A DNA stretch of 64,000 bases, from positions 18,054 through 82,053 of the IMG/VR virus record IMGVR_UViG_3300035018_000013; one strand, written 5' to 3'. Below, one piece after another: positions 1-8,468 of this stretch (within the stretch, counting starts at the first letter, position 1; every line of letters begins with the position of its first letter). Under the pieces are notes generated by a model. The model worked only from the letters and a program-made list of their open reading frames with translations, was not told where the DNA came from and ran no database searches. The stretch is from a virus. Made by a program: the position numbers and the translations under genes.

Positions 1-3
1 GAT

Positions 4-276
4 TTGGAGTGCGATTACGTTGATCCGGCGCTGGGGCGATCGCTGGTTGAACATCTGAAAAGCTATTGGCTGATTCGCCAATTGTATAGATACGCCGATG
101 GCTACGAAGCCAACAAAATTAAGGAGATTTTAGAGCCGCAAAAATTCACGATTAAGGACTGGACTTGTATTGCTAAAGTCTGTGGATTTGGAATGTCTTG
201 GTCTTATCGGCAGATTGAACTGGCTGAGGCGGGTCTGATGAACAGCAGTTTCAAATCAAGGAATGAGGCTAGTTAA
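4..276 (+). CDS. Hypothetical protein, frame open to the left edge
   Basis: No stop between position 1 and 4 in frame; stop overlaps the ATG at 276 (TAATG coupling). Confidence 0.55.
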   Translation: MECDYVDPALGRSLVEHLKSYWLIRQLYRYADGYEANKIKEILEPQKFTIKDWTCIAKVCGFGMSWSYRQIELAEAGLMNSSFKSRNEAS

Positions 277-2027
277 TGTTAGGAAACATTATTGACACTG
301 TTCAAGGCTTAATATCTCCCCAGATGCGGGAATACAATAAAGCCCTACGAGAGCATCAGTCAGGTGGACGAATGGGCGGTCGAGGCACTGGCTGGGAGGC
401 TCAGTATGGTCTGCCAAGCTTGGACGAATTGACCGCCACAGAGGAACGAGATAACCGCAATTGGTTGATCAAATTGGCGATCGTCAGTTCATTAACATTC
501 ACCACGTTTCTGTCCCAAAGCTTTCCCGGTTCCCTCAAGACGGCTTCTCTATTTTGTGCCACCGTCTTATCGGGAGTCTTCTATCTTCAAGAGCAGTCAC
601 AGGGATTGCGCGAACGACGGCGATCGCTCTTTAACCTTGCCGAGCTTCGCAAAGATAGACGACAACACGCCGCCACCCACCAGCAAGTATTCGATCGCAA
701 GATTGCTGATATTCGTTCCTACAACCGTTTAATTGCACTAGGAAATACGTTGCCTGTGGGTCAGCGGATGGCTCTGTTTCAGGAGTTAGGGCTTGAGGGT
801 TGGGTTCCTGAAAAGTGGGTTCCGGTGCAGGCACGATCGAGCAATCCTCAGTTCTTAGGAGAGTTGCCGAATCAATCACTAGAACTACCCGGAAACAATG
901 TTGATCCGGTGCAAGCGGCAGGTGCTATCTATCGAGAAGCCCTGGGCAAGCATGGTGAGCGAAATAACTTCTTTTTCTTAGGCGGCATGGGCGATGCCAA
1001 AACATCGACAGCTCACTTCATGCTGTGGAACTATATCAACGATGCAATACTAACTGCTCATGGATCGAATGGAGCGATTAGTCCGCCTGTGATCATTGTC
1101 TTTGACCCGCACTACGGACGAAATAACAACGTTAAATTTCTTTCAACTTGGTGCGGACTGCCGCGCGTTAAGGCGTTGCCTCGAAATTTAGAAAACTGTG
1201 CGTTTAAGGGGAGCAGTGAAACCCTACTACCATTTCTCCAACTAGTAGCAGATGAGTTTGAGTATCGTAAGAAAAACGATCTTGCGCCAGATGAGCGACC
1301 GCCAATTCTCGCCGTTATTGACGAGTTCAGCAATTTGATGATGGAGCTTGAGGTTGAGACGCAAGCAGAAATTGGCAAAATTTTCAGAAAATTGGGAACC
1401 GAAAGTAGGAAGTTTGGTGTGAACTACTGGATCGTCGGACACTCTTGTACCAAAGGTGAAATTGGGCTAGATCGAGTCGTTCTCAGAGGTTGTGCGGCGA
1501 TCGTCGGCTACAAGATTTTGACGGATAGTTCTCAAATCTCTAATCTTCCTCACAAACTACTTGACTCAGGTGTTGCGGAGGTCAGCGATCGCAACTTGAG
1601 AGGATTAAAACTTACAGGATTCGCTACCAGTCTAGGGGAATCGCCTTATATCCCGCCTTCTCCCCTCAATACTATTGAGATGGAATTCAAGTGGGGCGCA
1701 GCAGGTCAACCCGTTGGAGAGGAACCGCCAGCGGCAGAAGAGAGCGACGATCGCGGTATTTCCAAAGAAGCTGACGAGGAATCGCCACGGGAGAGCATGA
1801 AGCGCCTTAGAGAAGCGCTCGTAGCAATGCGCCAATGGTGGGATGTTCAACCGGGAAATCCTACTGATGAGCAAGTTGTTATTCTTTGGAGTCGGTTTAG
1901 CGGTGACCCTGCCGCAGCCGCTAAAGATTCCCTGGTTCAGATTCGCGGAGTGATGGGGTTAAGTCAAGAGGTGTTTGATCAACGAATTGAAAATATGAAG
2001 CGCCAAGAGGAGCAGATGGATGGGTAG
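276..2027 (+). CDS. FtsK/HerA/VirD4-like P-loop ATPase with N-terminal membrane helices
   Basis: Two hydrophobic segments near aa 63-103; Walker A variant FFLGGMGDAKTS; Walker B ILAVIDEF; SRKFGVNYWIVGHS resembles the FtsK/HerA GRKxG...TQ motif. Confidence 0.65.
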   Translation: MLGNIIDTVQGLISPQMREYNKALREHQSGGRMGGRGTGWEAQYGLPSLDELTATEERDNRNWLIKLAIVSSLTFTTFLSQSFPGSLKTASLFCATVLSGVFYLQEQSQGLRERRRSLFNLAELRKDRRQHAATHQQVFDRKIADIRSYNRLIALGNTLPVGQRMALFQELGLEGWVPEKWVPVQARSSNPQFLGELPNQSLELPGNNVDPVQAAGAIYREALGKHGERNNFFFLGGMGDAKTSTAHFMLWNYINDAILTAHGSNGAISPPVIIVFDPHYGRNNNVKFLSTWCGLPRVKALPRNLENCAFKGSSETLLPFLQLVADEFEYRKKNDLAPDERPPILAVIDEFSNLMMELEVETQAEIGKIFRKLGTESRKFGVNYWIVGHSCTKGEIGLDRVVLRGCAAIVGYKILTDSSQISNLPHKLLDSGVAEVSDRNLRGLKLTGFATSLGESPYIPPSPLNTIEMEFKWGAAGQPVGEEPPAAEESDDRGISKEADEESPRESMKRLREALVAMRQWWDVQPGNPTDEQVVILWSRFSGDPAAAAKDSLVQIRGVMGLSQEVFDQRIENMKRQEEQMDG

Positions 2028-2406
2028 GAAGAAAAGTTCAAAAAATCAAGCTTTTGATGATGCAACCGCTCGTCAGCAAAGACAACAGGCATTTAATATC
2101 ATGCTTGGCTTCGACCAAGCACTTGAAGGGTTCTCAGAGCAGGAAAAGCAGGATATTCTTTTGTTCGGCGAGGAGCTATCTCAGGAAGCTAAAGAGCATC
2201 AAGCAAGGCTTTTAGTAGAAGCTCTAAAGGAGCAGCAAGAGCTAGTAACGATGGAATCTGAGTACCAAGTTGCTCGAGGTCAGTTCCTTCAAAACTTTCC
2301 CCAGTTTGAAGCAAAATTGAGAGCGATCGAAGATACAGGAAGGCGGCGACGGGATGCAGGATTAATGCAGGGCTTAACCCAAGGAGATATTAGTAAATGG
2401 GTTTGA
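2020..2406 (+). CDS. Hypothetical coiled-coil protein
   Basis: 8-nt overlap with the ATPase gene; Q/E-rich helical sequence. Confidence 0.6.
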   Translation: MGRKKSSKNQAFDDATARQQRQQAFNIMLGFDQALEGFSEQEKQDILLFGEELSQEAKEHQARLLVEALKEQQELVTMESEYQVARGQFLQNFPQFEAKLRAIEDTGRRRRDAGLMQGLTQGDISKWV

Positions 2407-2486
2407 CATGGATGCCAAAAAATGCCAATATATACCCGTAGCGTGAAGAAATTAATTTCTAGCAAATTGAAGCCTCCCGTTGCACG

Positions 2487-2521
2487 AACCCTGCCCGCCT
2501 CGCTAAGGATGGTGCAGGGTT
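2487..2521 (+). terminator. Possible stem-loop/terminator
   Basis: AACCCTGC...GCAGGGTT inverted repeat followed by a T-rich tract. Confidence 0.4.
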
Positions 2522-2542
2522 TAGTTATTTCTAGGAGGCTGC

Positions 2543-2905
2543 GTGAGCAAACAAGTTACTAGAGACGATCGCTTTGATGTGCGCTATGGAAAAAGATGGC
2601 GATACAATCGCAAGTGGAAGCGATCGGCTCATCTAATGACGGGTGGTATCTGCTGTCTATGCGCCAAAAATAAAAGTGAAACTCTGCATCACGTTCGTTA
2701 TGTTGACGATGCAGGAAAGCCATTAGTCGATCGGGAGGTGATAGGGCGAGATATTTTTCCTGTGTGTGAGTCATGCCACGATCGCATCCTACACTCGGCA
2801 TCAACATGGCATCGGGATAAAGTTGATCCAGTTTGGTTAAATCAAAACTTGCCAGAATATCAACTGCTGCTGAAGTCTCGATTCAGGCAGCTAAAGAAAC
2901 CTTGA
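2543..2905 (+). CDS. HNH endonuclease-like protein
   Basis: CCLC...TLHHVRY...PVCESCH zinc/HNH pattern; GTG start. Confidence 0.7.
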   Translation: MSKQVTRDDRFDVRYGKRWRYNRKWKRSAHLMTGGICCLCAKNKSETLHHVRYVDDAGKPLVDREVIGRDIFPVCESCHDRILHSASTWHRDKVDPVWLNQNLPEYQLLLKSRFRQLKKP

Positions 2906-3217
2906 AATATCCACACCCCGTTCAGCAGCTCGCCTAAATCCTCGCTCAAATGCCTGCTGCCCACCGACAACCGATCGGACGATATCAGGCTGAAGAGAAG
3001 GGTAAATTGTGCCGAGCCAGCGAGCGGTTAAACCAACTCTCATCGTGGCTTGTTCGATTTCTTCAAGGTCGTTTTGGAGTTGCATTACTTCCTCCATGAA
3101 CCTGGCGGCATTGACCCGCGATCGCTTGTCCATAGCGGCATAAGCCTCATACTGTAATTCAGGGGGCAGTCCATAAATTTGATCCATTAACCACTGGTCA
3201 AACATCTTTAACCTCAA
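2891..3217 (-). CDS. Hypothetical protein
   Basis: Helical, protein-like 108-aa ORF convergent with the HNH gene. Confidence 0.5.
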   Translation of the reverse strand: MRLKMFDQWLMDQIYGLPPELQYEAYAAMDKRSRVNAARFMEEVMQLQNDLEEIEQATMRVGLTARWLGTIYPSLQPDIVRSVVGGQQAFERGFRRAAERGVDISRFL

Positions 3218-3342
3218 CCGATATCGCCGTTGATGCTCATCCTATCATTGGCATCCAAGAAATCAAGCTGAAGGCGCGATCGCCCTCCTCAGCAAGTTCA
3301 TGTTCTCCAAAATTGGTACCGTAACTGATTACGGTACCAACA

Positions 3343-3927
3343 TTAAATTCGTTCCACTCGCCACGATACCTCACGCCCCCACTGCCCCACTCGTACAAAC
3401 GCAAATCCATCCCTCAAGAAGCGATCGCCCTTTGGAGCCACCCCTACCATCTGCTTTACCTCACTCGTTCGCAATATCAAGTTCTCCCGACAGGCTTTAG
3501 CCAGAGCATCAGCACGAGCAAGTGGGTCAAGAGGTGGGACAAACCGCTGGGCGATCGCCTGTAGCATCCCCAATACAGTAGTCTCGAAAGAATGTTCCAG
3601 AACGAGTTCAGAACGTTCAGAACGATTAGATTTTAAGTTCTGAACTTGTTCGTGAACGTTCTGAACAAACGAATTTGAATCTAAATCAGGAACTAGAGAT
3701 GCTAAAAACTTGTTCAAGTATTCTTTACCCTGCCCTTTAGCCTGATGATATTGAGCGACCAGGTTAGCTTGCTCTGGAGTGATATAAGCCTCTAAGCCAT
3801 CTCTGAAGGGAGTGATGCCGAGCCTTTTAAAGTACTCAACGTAAAGCGTCGTCTTTTTATGCTGCTGAAGTAAATCGGCTACAGGAACGCGATCGACTTG
3901 TGCTGGGATAGAGTCAATAGTTTGCAT
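3343..3927 (-). CDS. Putative DNA-binding protein (HTH-like N-terminus, coiled-coil centre)
   Basis: TTLYVEYFKRLGITP...YITPEQANLV resembles MerR/KfrA-like cyanobacterial DNA binders; gene contains and is preceded by repeats. Confidence 0.55.
   Translation of the reverse strand: MQTIDSIPAQVDRVPVADLLQQHKKTTLYVEYFKRLGITPFRDGLEAYITPEQANLVAQYHQAKGQGKEYLNKFLASLVPDLDSNSFVQNVHEQVQNLKSNRSERSELVLEHSFETTVLGMLQAIAQRFVPPLDPLARADALAKACRENLILRTSEVKQMVGVAPKGDRFLRDGFAFVRVGQWGREVSWRVERI
3594..3666. repeat. Six GTTC-N(1-2)-GAAC palindromic repeats inside the 3343-3927 gene
   Basis: Copies at 3594, 3606, 3615, 3637, 3648 and 3658. Confidence 0.9.
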
Positions 3928-3957
3928 CGTTCGTGAACGTTCGTGAACGTTCAGAAC
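3928..3957. repeat. Three tandem GTTC-N(1-2)-GAAC repeats abutting the start codon
   Basis: cgttcgtgaa-cgttcgtgaa-cgttcagaac directly upstream of the ATG at 3927. Confidence 0.9.
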
Positions 3958-3986
3958 TATAGCAGCTTTTAGAAAGACAGAGGCAC

Positions 3987-4009
3987 AAATCCGTCAGACT
4001 GACGGATTT
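3987..4009. promoter_or_regulatory. Perfect inverted repeat AAATCCGTCAG-A-CTGACGGATTT
   Basis: Read directly; related to hairpins at 38967 and 54225. Confidence 0.6.
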
Positions 4010-4274
4010 ACCAACCTGGCAACGGCATTCCGATCGCCCATCCCTGCACCCAGTCGCATCATGCCTCTGCCGCAAAAGAATTCTTCAGCCTGTGGCGATT
4101 CAGCATTGTTCATGCTGCAAGGTTCCCTCTGCCTCCTCCATTAAATTAAAAACCGACAGCTTTACTAGAAGACTGTCGGTAAATCGTGTGTTTCCTGTTA
4201 ACGACTCGGCTAGAGTTGAGTCAGCCTCTTTTGTAGCAAAAAGCTACTGACGATCGCATGATCTAAAGAATCCC

Positions 4275-5249
4275 TTAAGCATTCTCTAAAAGCAGTTTTC
4301 CTTTTGCTTGAAGCTCTGTCGGCAGCATTGTCAAAATTGATTCAATGAATCGGCATAGTGCGTCACTGTATTGCGTTTTGTCTCGTAGTCCAGTTTCGGT
4401 CTGGAAGCATTTCTGCTTGAGTTCACTTAGCTCTCCCTCCAATCGTTTACAGCGTTCCTGCACGATCGCCAGTTTCGATTCACAAACCGCGACCCTTGAG
4501 GTATCTGCGTAGCAGCCTACCTCTTTTGTCATCTCTTTAGGGGCAGGTTTTTCAAGCGTAGGCGGTTTCTCTGGCTGCACAAACACTTCGGAATAAAGCA
4601 TGGGCAGTTTGCGCTGCGAGTCAGCAAGTTCAACCACCACATGATTCTTTTTTACCTCAAGGACTGTGGCGGCTTGCCCTTGAAACTCTCCGGCTGCAAT
4701 ATTAATTTCCGCTCCAATCTCTAAGCGCTCTTGAGAAACTGGCTTAGTTTTGTAGATTAACGTTTTTGCTGTAGCCCGATCGATCGCCCGCCCTTCCCGC
4801 GCCAAGGCTAGAGCCTGATCTCTCACTTCCTCTGGCACCGTTGCCGCCGATAGCATCCACAAGGCTGAAGGCGCAATATCAAAGTGTCCAACGATTGGAC
4901 ACTTTCCAAAGCGCTCATAAGCAGAAATGTAATTATAAGCCTGGGCACGGCACCAGCCCTTGAGCGCACACCAGCCATCAAACCCGCCTGGGCGAACATA
5001 TCGAAGGCGATCGCGGACGTTCACAAGACGTTCACCCACTTGAATCACTTGGCTAACGTAGCGATTGCCCAAATCTTCGACCTGAAGCAACAGTACCGTA
5101 ATTTCTATTTCCACCCTGTCTAACCATTTGCGTGTCTTCTCGTCCAATGCTCCATAGTCAAACTCTTGTGCGTCCTGAGTTTCAATAACCGCGCCCCCTT
5201 GCGGGTATCTCGAAGAGTGTGCCATTCCATTACCATTTTTCTGCAACAA
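4275..5249 (-). CDS. DUF3102-like DNA-binding protein with KOW-like domain and coiled-coil tail
   Basis: VIQVGERLVNVRDRL...GFDGWC...AQAYNYISAYERF...PSALWML pattern; IAAGEFQGQAATVLEV is KOW-like. Confidence 0.6.
   Translation of the reverse strand: MLQKNGNGMAHSSRYPQGGAVIETQDAQEFDYGALDEKTRKWLDRVEIEITVLLLQVEDLGNRYVSQVIQVGERLVNVRDRLRYVRPGGFDGWCALKGWCRAQAYNYISAYERFGKCPIVGHFDIAPSALWMLSAATVPEEVRDQALALAREGRAIDRATAKTLIYKTKPVSQERLEIGAEINIAAGEFQGQAATVLEVKKNHVVVELADSQRKLPMLYSEVFVQPEKPPTLEKPAPKEMTKEVGCYADTSRVAVCESKLAIVQERCKRLEGELSELKQKCFQTETGLRDKTQYSDALCRFIESILTMLPTELQAKGKLLLENA
5191..5215 (+). repeat. Small dispersed repeat copy 1 (GCGCCCCCTTGCGGGTATCTCGAAG)
   Basis: One mismatch each to copies at 13575-13599 (reverse) and 50587-50611. 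Confidence 0.85.
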
Positions 5250-5254
5250 CGCAT

Positions 5255-6178
5255 CTAGAATGCCCCTGCCGCAATCATCCGAAACCTCAGCCAGTCGATT
5301 CCTTCCTGGATTAGTTCTTGGGTCTGCTCAACAGACAATCCTTGCTGAGTGGCGATCGCCTCGTCAGGCAAGTTGTCCAAAAAGCGGCTCATGAGGCAGG
5401 AATAGTAAGGCTCGGATAATAACGAGAGATGCTGGCGTAGGGCTTTAATGCGATCGCTTGCCTCATCTGCCTCACTCGCATCACAGACGGCAAAGTGATG
5501 AGTGTTCTCTTCGAGAGAAACAACAGGCTTGCGGTGCATTGCCTGTTTAATCGTCCCCCACGTCCTACGGGCTTCCGTCTCGCTGGAGCATCTCGGCTTC
5601 TTCAGGAGAAGGGACACCGCAATTTCGTCAATGGATTGATTTCTACCAGCAGCTATAAATTCACGATGGATTTTCGCCACCGTGCCATGAAATTCAATCC
5701 AGCGGCGCGGAATTTTGTAGCTACCGCGCCAGTTGTCTCGCAGGAAGTGCAATATCTCACCTTTGATATAGAGCACAGCAAATGAACTAAATGCCACGTT
5801 ACGCGCGGGATCAAAGCGTTGAATGGCTTTGTCTAGCCCAATCACACCGCACTGAATTAACTCATCCAAGTCTTCGCCACAACAATCTTTAAGTTGGGTG
5901 GCGATCGTCACCACTAGCCCGTTATTTTGCTTGATCAAGCTGCTTCTCAAATGCTTGACCTTTGGCGAGTCTGTACCCTTCGCTCGATGATACGCCTCCA
6001 GCATTTCGGCATTGTTCGTTTTTTTAATTACCATTGATGAGTTTTGCCGAAGCGTCCAGGAATTTACTACTTCTAAAATGGGAAAAAAAGTTGTCTTTTC
6101 TATCAGAATTGCAAAAAAATTTTCCTCAACAAATTCCGCCGCAGACTCAAGGTATTTAACCGAGAGCAGTTCTTCCAA
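5255..6178 (-). CDS. Sigma-70 family group 3 (SigF/SigB-like) RNA polymerase sigma factor; ATG at 6034 is a likely start
   Basis: Region 2: LIKQNNGLV...DLDELIQCGVIGLDKAIQRFDPARNVAFSSFAVLYIKGEILHFLRD; region 3 IDEIA...PVVSLE; region 4 present but atypical. Confidence 0.9.
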   Translation of the reverse strand: MEELLSVKYLESAAEFVEENFFAILIEKTTFFPILEVVNSWTLRQNSSMVIKKTNNAEMLEAYHRAKGTDSPKVKHLRSSLIKQNNGLVVTIATQLKDCCGEDLDELIQCGVIGLDKAIQRFDPARNVAFSSFAVLYIKGEILHFLRDNWRGSYKIPRRWIEFHGTVAKIHREFIAAGRNQSIDEIAVSLLLKKPRCSSETEARRTWGTIKQAMHRKPVVSLEENTHHFAVCDASEADEASDRIKALRQHLSLLSEPYYSCLMSRFLDNLPDEAIATQQGLSVEQTQELIQEGIDWLRFRMIAAGAF

Positions 6179-6635
6179 TTTTTTGCAATCGTTCCAACGC
6201 CTTCGCCATATCGTCTAGGGTTTGGTAGCTAATCGCTTTCTCTTCATCGCTCCCATTCCCCTTTCTTGCGTCCTCAATTTGACCTTGTAGTCGAGACGAG
6301 AGCAGTATTAAACCTGCTTTAGCTGCGTTGTAGCACCTTGCATCCCACTCCGCTAAATCGCCTGCTAGTGCGGTTGATTTTTGTTCTTGACGCTTATTAG
6401 AAACAGTTTGGAGGTATCGCTCTGCCTCAACTTTCCAATTCTCTGAAGCCGCTTTTTCTCGCAAATAAGACGGTGCGCAACCGTGCGTCTCTGCAAGCTG
6501 CTCAAGAGTCGGTCGAGACGCTTCATCCGGTGCGTGGATGTATTCCTCTTTAATCTTCTGCCAGTTGTATTTTGCCAAGGAGTTCCAAAACCGACACCGT
6601 GTCGGATCTTGTCGGAAAATTCCCACGATCGCCAC
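6156..6635 (-). CDS. HTH protein resembling terminase small-subunit N-termini; TTG at 6578 is a likely start
   Basis: KYNWQKIKEEY...TLEQLAETHGCAPSYLREKAASENW. Confidence 0.6.
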   Translation of the reverse strand: MAIVGIFRQDPTRCRFWNSLAKYNWQKIKEEYIHAPDEASRPTLEQLAETHGCAPSYLREKAASENWKVEAERYLQTVSNKRQEQKSTALAGDLAEWDARCYNAAKAGLILLSSRLQGQIEDARKGNGSDEEKAISYQTLDDMAKALERLQKIGRTALG

Positions 6636-6805
6636 CCAACGCCGTTTCTATCCTTCTAGTCGTTATATAGACAACCGTTTTTTCGATCGTGATGCGTGGC
6701 ACTGATACGACTCACGCTCACTGTTCAGCAACACGCATCACAAAACCATTGCCGCTCACCGGAATGCTTGGAGAGGATTAGTTTAACAAGCAAAGGAGAC
6801 ACGAA

Positions 6806-6955
6806 ATGCACACCCAACAAGAACTTCAAGCCATGACCGTTGAACAACTGATTGAAATCTACATTCAAATGGGTCTGCGCTCCACTCGGATGAACAAACA
6901 TTTCATCGTTAAGGACTGGCTGATTGAAGACATCTTGCGCGGTGCAGGCATTTAG
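6806..6955 (+). CDS. 49-aa Rho_N/HeH-like helix-extended-helix protein (not in ORF track)
   Basis: My translation: MHTQQELQAMTVEQLIEIYIQMGLRSTRMNKHFIVKDWLIEDILRGAGI; GGAG Shine-Dalgarno upstream. Confidence 0.6.
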   Translation: MHTQQELQAMTVEQLIEIYIQMGLRSTRMNKHFIVKDWLIEDILRGAGI

Positions 6956-7016
6956 TTCACTCTCACGCTTTTATTTCACGTTTCTATCCAGTTCTAAACA
7001 CATACAGGAAACAACC

Positions 7017-7949
7017 ATGTCTTACACCATCAAACAACTCAACAACTTCAACTCCGCACAACTGAACGCGATCGCCATTGACCTAAACCTTAATCTTTAT
7101 GGAGCTAAGAAAACCAAAGCCCAACTGATTAACCTGATTTTACAAGTGCAAGATAACCCTGAATTGCAAGTTACGTTATCCGCTGAAGCATTTCAACCTA
7201 ATACTTCTGAACCAAAAGCGTTTCAACTTGCCACACCGCAACACACCCGCGAACAACTGACCGTGCGCGAAATGACCAAGCCTAAACTACAGGCGATCGC
7301 ATCTGGTTTAGAGATTGAGTTCCAATCAGACTGCACCAAAGCTCAGTTAGTTGATTGGATCTTGTTTGCTCAAGAGCAAGTAGAAGTTGCTGAAACTCCA
7401 GAAGTTCTGGAAGAAAACTTGAACGAGGATTCTTCGGAACAAGTTGAAGTTGAGAACGAGATTGAGTGTGAAGTGGAGGTTGAAATCGAGGATGAGGACG
7501 ATGTAGACCAAATTGAACTCAGCTACCACGAACGCTTGGTGATTTACCTGTACGATCGCGCTCAACACGATGATCAGGATGCCAAGGTTCTGCTGGCTGG
7601 ATTGGGCGATTACATTCAATCTTTGAGCGCCAAATCTGCTAAAGCCATCAAACCTCGCAAGCCCTCTGGTGCTCGTGTAAATGACCCTGCTGCCAAACTG
7701 GCGATCGCCAAAACCTGTTGGGATGCAGTCCAAATCCATGGCTCCGTCAAACTAGCGGCGGCTGATTTGGACAAGTCGCCCCATTACACCAAAGTTCTGG
7801 CACAGGCTTACGCCCTCTACCAGGAGTCTGCGATCGTTCGTAATGCTTATGATGCGGGTGAGTTAGGCTGGACAAAACTGTACAACCTGGCATTCCGCTT
7901 CAAGAAGTCTGATACTCTCGAATCGGTTGAAGCTCAACTGGCGGCATAG
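7017..7949 (+). CDS. Protein with two Rho_N/HeH-like domains, acidic linker and helical C-terminal domain
   Basis: LNNFNSAQLNAIA...TKAQLINLIL and VREMTKPKLQAIA...TKAQLVDWIL; very E/D-rich linker; ATG at 7017 follows AGGA. Confidence 0.7.
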   Translation: MSYTIKQLNNFNSAQLNAIAIDLNLNLYGAKKTKAQLINLILQVQDNPELQVTLSAEAFQPNTSEPKAFQLATPQHTREQLTVREMTKPKLQAIASGLEIEFQSDCTKAQLVDWILFAQEQVEVAETPEVLEENLNEDSSEQVEVENEIECEVEVEIEDEDDVDQIELSYHERLVIYLYDRAQHDDQDAKVLLAGLGDYIQSLSAKSAKAIKPRKPSGARVNDPAAKLAIAKTCWDAVQIHGSVKLAAADLDKSPHYTKVLAQAYALYQESAIVRNAYDAGELGWTKLYNLAFRFKKSDTLESVEAQLAA

Positions 7950-8289
7950 ACTGCCAAACTCGCGCTGACACCAGCGCGATCGCCCTTTCATCTCGCACGT
8001 TAATCCATACAACCTCTAAAACCCCACTTTGCAAGAGATTGCAGTAGTGGGTTAATTTTTGACGAATCTCTGACGATTGACAGATGGGCGATTTAGGTAG
8101 CTCCAACTGGTCAGCGATCGCTACAGGCACGATGCCCGCCACCAAGTCGCCATAGTTGTACACGGGGATAGACTCCCCCTGAAACTGTACCCGCTTACGA
8201 ATTGCCCTAAGATCGCCCCTCAGAGTCTTGGTGCTGACCTGATTCACTGGTTTTGGTTTAGCCATAGCTTTAGTGTAATTTTCATCCAA
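7900..8289 (-). CDS. Tandem Phd/YefM-like DNA-binding protein, candidate repressor; ATG at 8265 is a likely start
   Basis: VSTKTLRGDLRAIRKRVQFQGESIPVYNYGDLVAGIVPV plus a second unit SSEIRQKLTHYCNLL...VVWINVRDERAIALVS. Confidence 0.6.
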   Translation of the reverse strand: MDENYTKAMAKPKPVNQVSTKTLRGDLRAIRKRVQFQGESIPVYNYGDLVAGIVPVAIADQLELPKSPICQSSEIRQKLTHYCNLLQSGVLEVVWINVRDERAIALVSARVWQSMPPVELQPIREYQTS

Positions 8290-8302
8290 CCTAACACGAC
8301 AG

Positions 8303-8386
8303 GATACAAAAGAAACACTATTGACACTTGATACAAAACCAGTGATAGTTTAAAAATCGAATTCGATAAATCAAAAGTCGAATTCG
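8303..8386 (+). promoter_or_regulatory. Sigma70-type promoter with operator-like repeats in a divergent intergenic region
   Basis: TTGACA 8321-8326; GATAGT 17 nt later or TG-n-TAGTTT; GATACAAAA direct repeats at 8303 and 8330; ATCGAATTCGAT 8356-8367 and TCGAATTCG 8378-8386. Confidence 0.6.
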
Positions 8387-8468
8387 GGTTTAGGATTTTA
8401 GCTCAACAAAAAGCGATCGCTAGTTTTGCCAACCCCGCGATCGCCTCTAACACTCAATCAGAAAAGAA

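Noticed and set aside
3594-3957. GTTC...GAAC repeats as a CRISPR array
   Set aside because: Units are 9-10 bp with no unique 30-40 bp spacers; no cas genes; no CRISPR array seen anywhere in the window
3993-4112. 39-codon minus-strand ORF (MNNAESPQAEEFFCGRGMMRLG...) resembling motif I of a C5 DNA methyltransferase
   Set aside because: Similarity limited to a few residues; no PC motif or other methylase blocks follow
6156-6635. The functional terminase small subunit
   Set aside because: A better candidate lies directly upstream of terL (56167-56817); this one is kept as a generic HTH protein
6689-6800. c-di-GMP-I riboswitch upstream of the Rho_N-like genes (tempting given the HD-GYP gene)
   Set aside because: Only a passing cacgca...aaaccatt resemblance; the GGGACGCAAAGCC core and GNRA/receptor pair are absent
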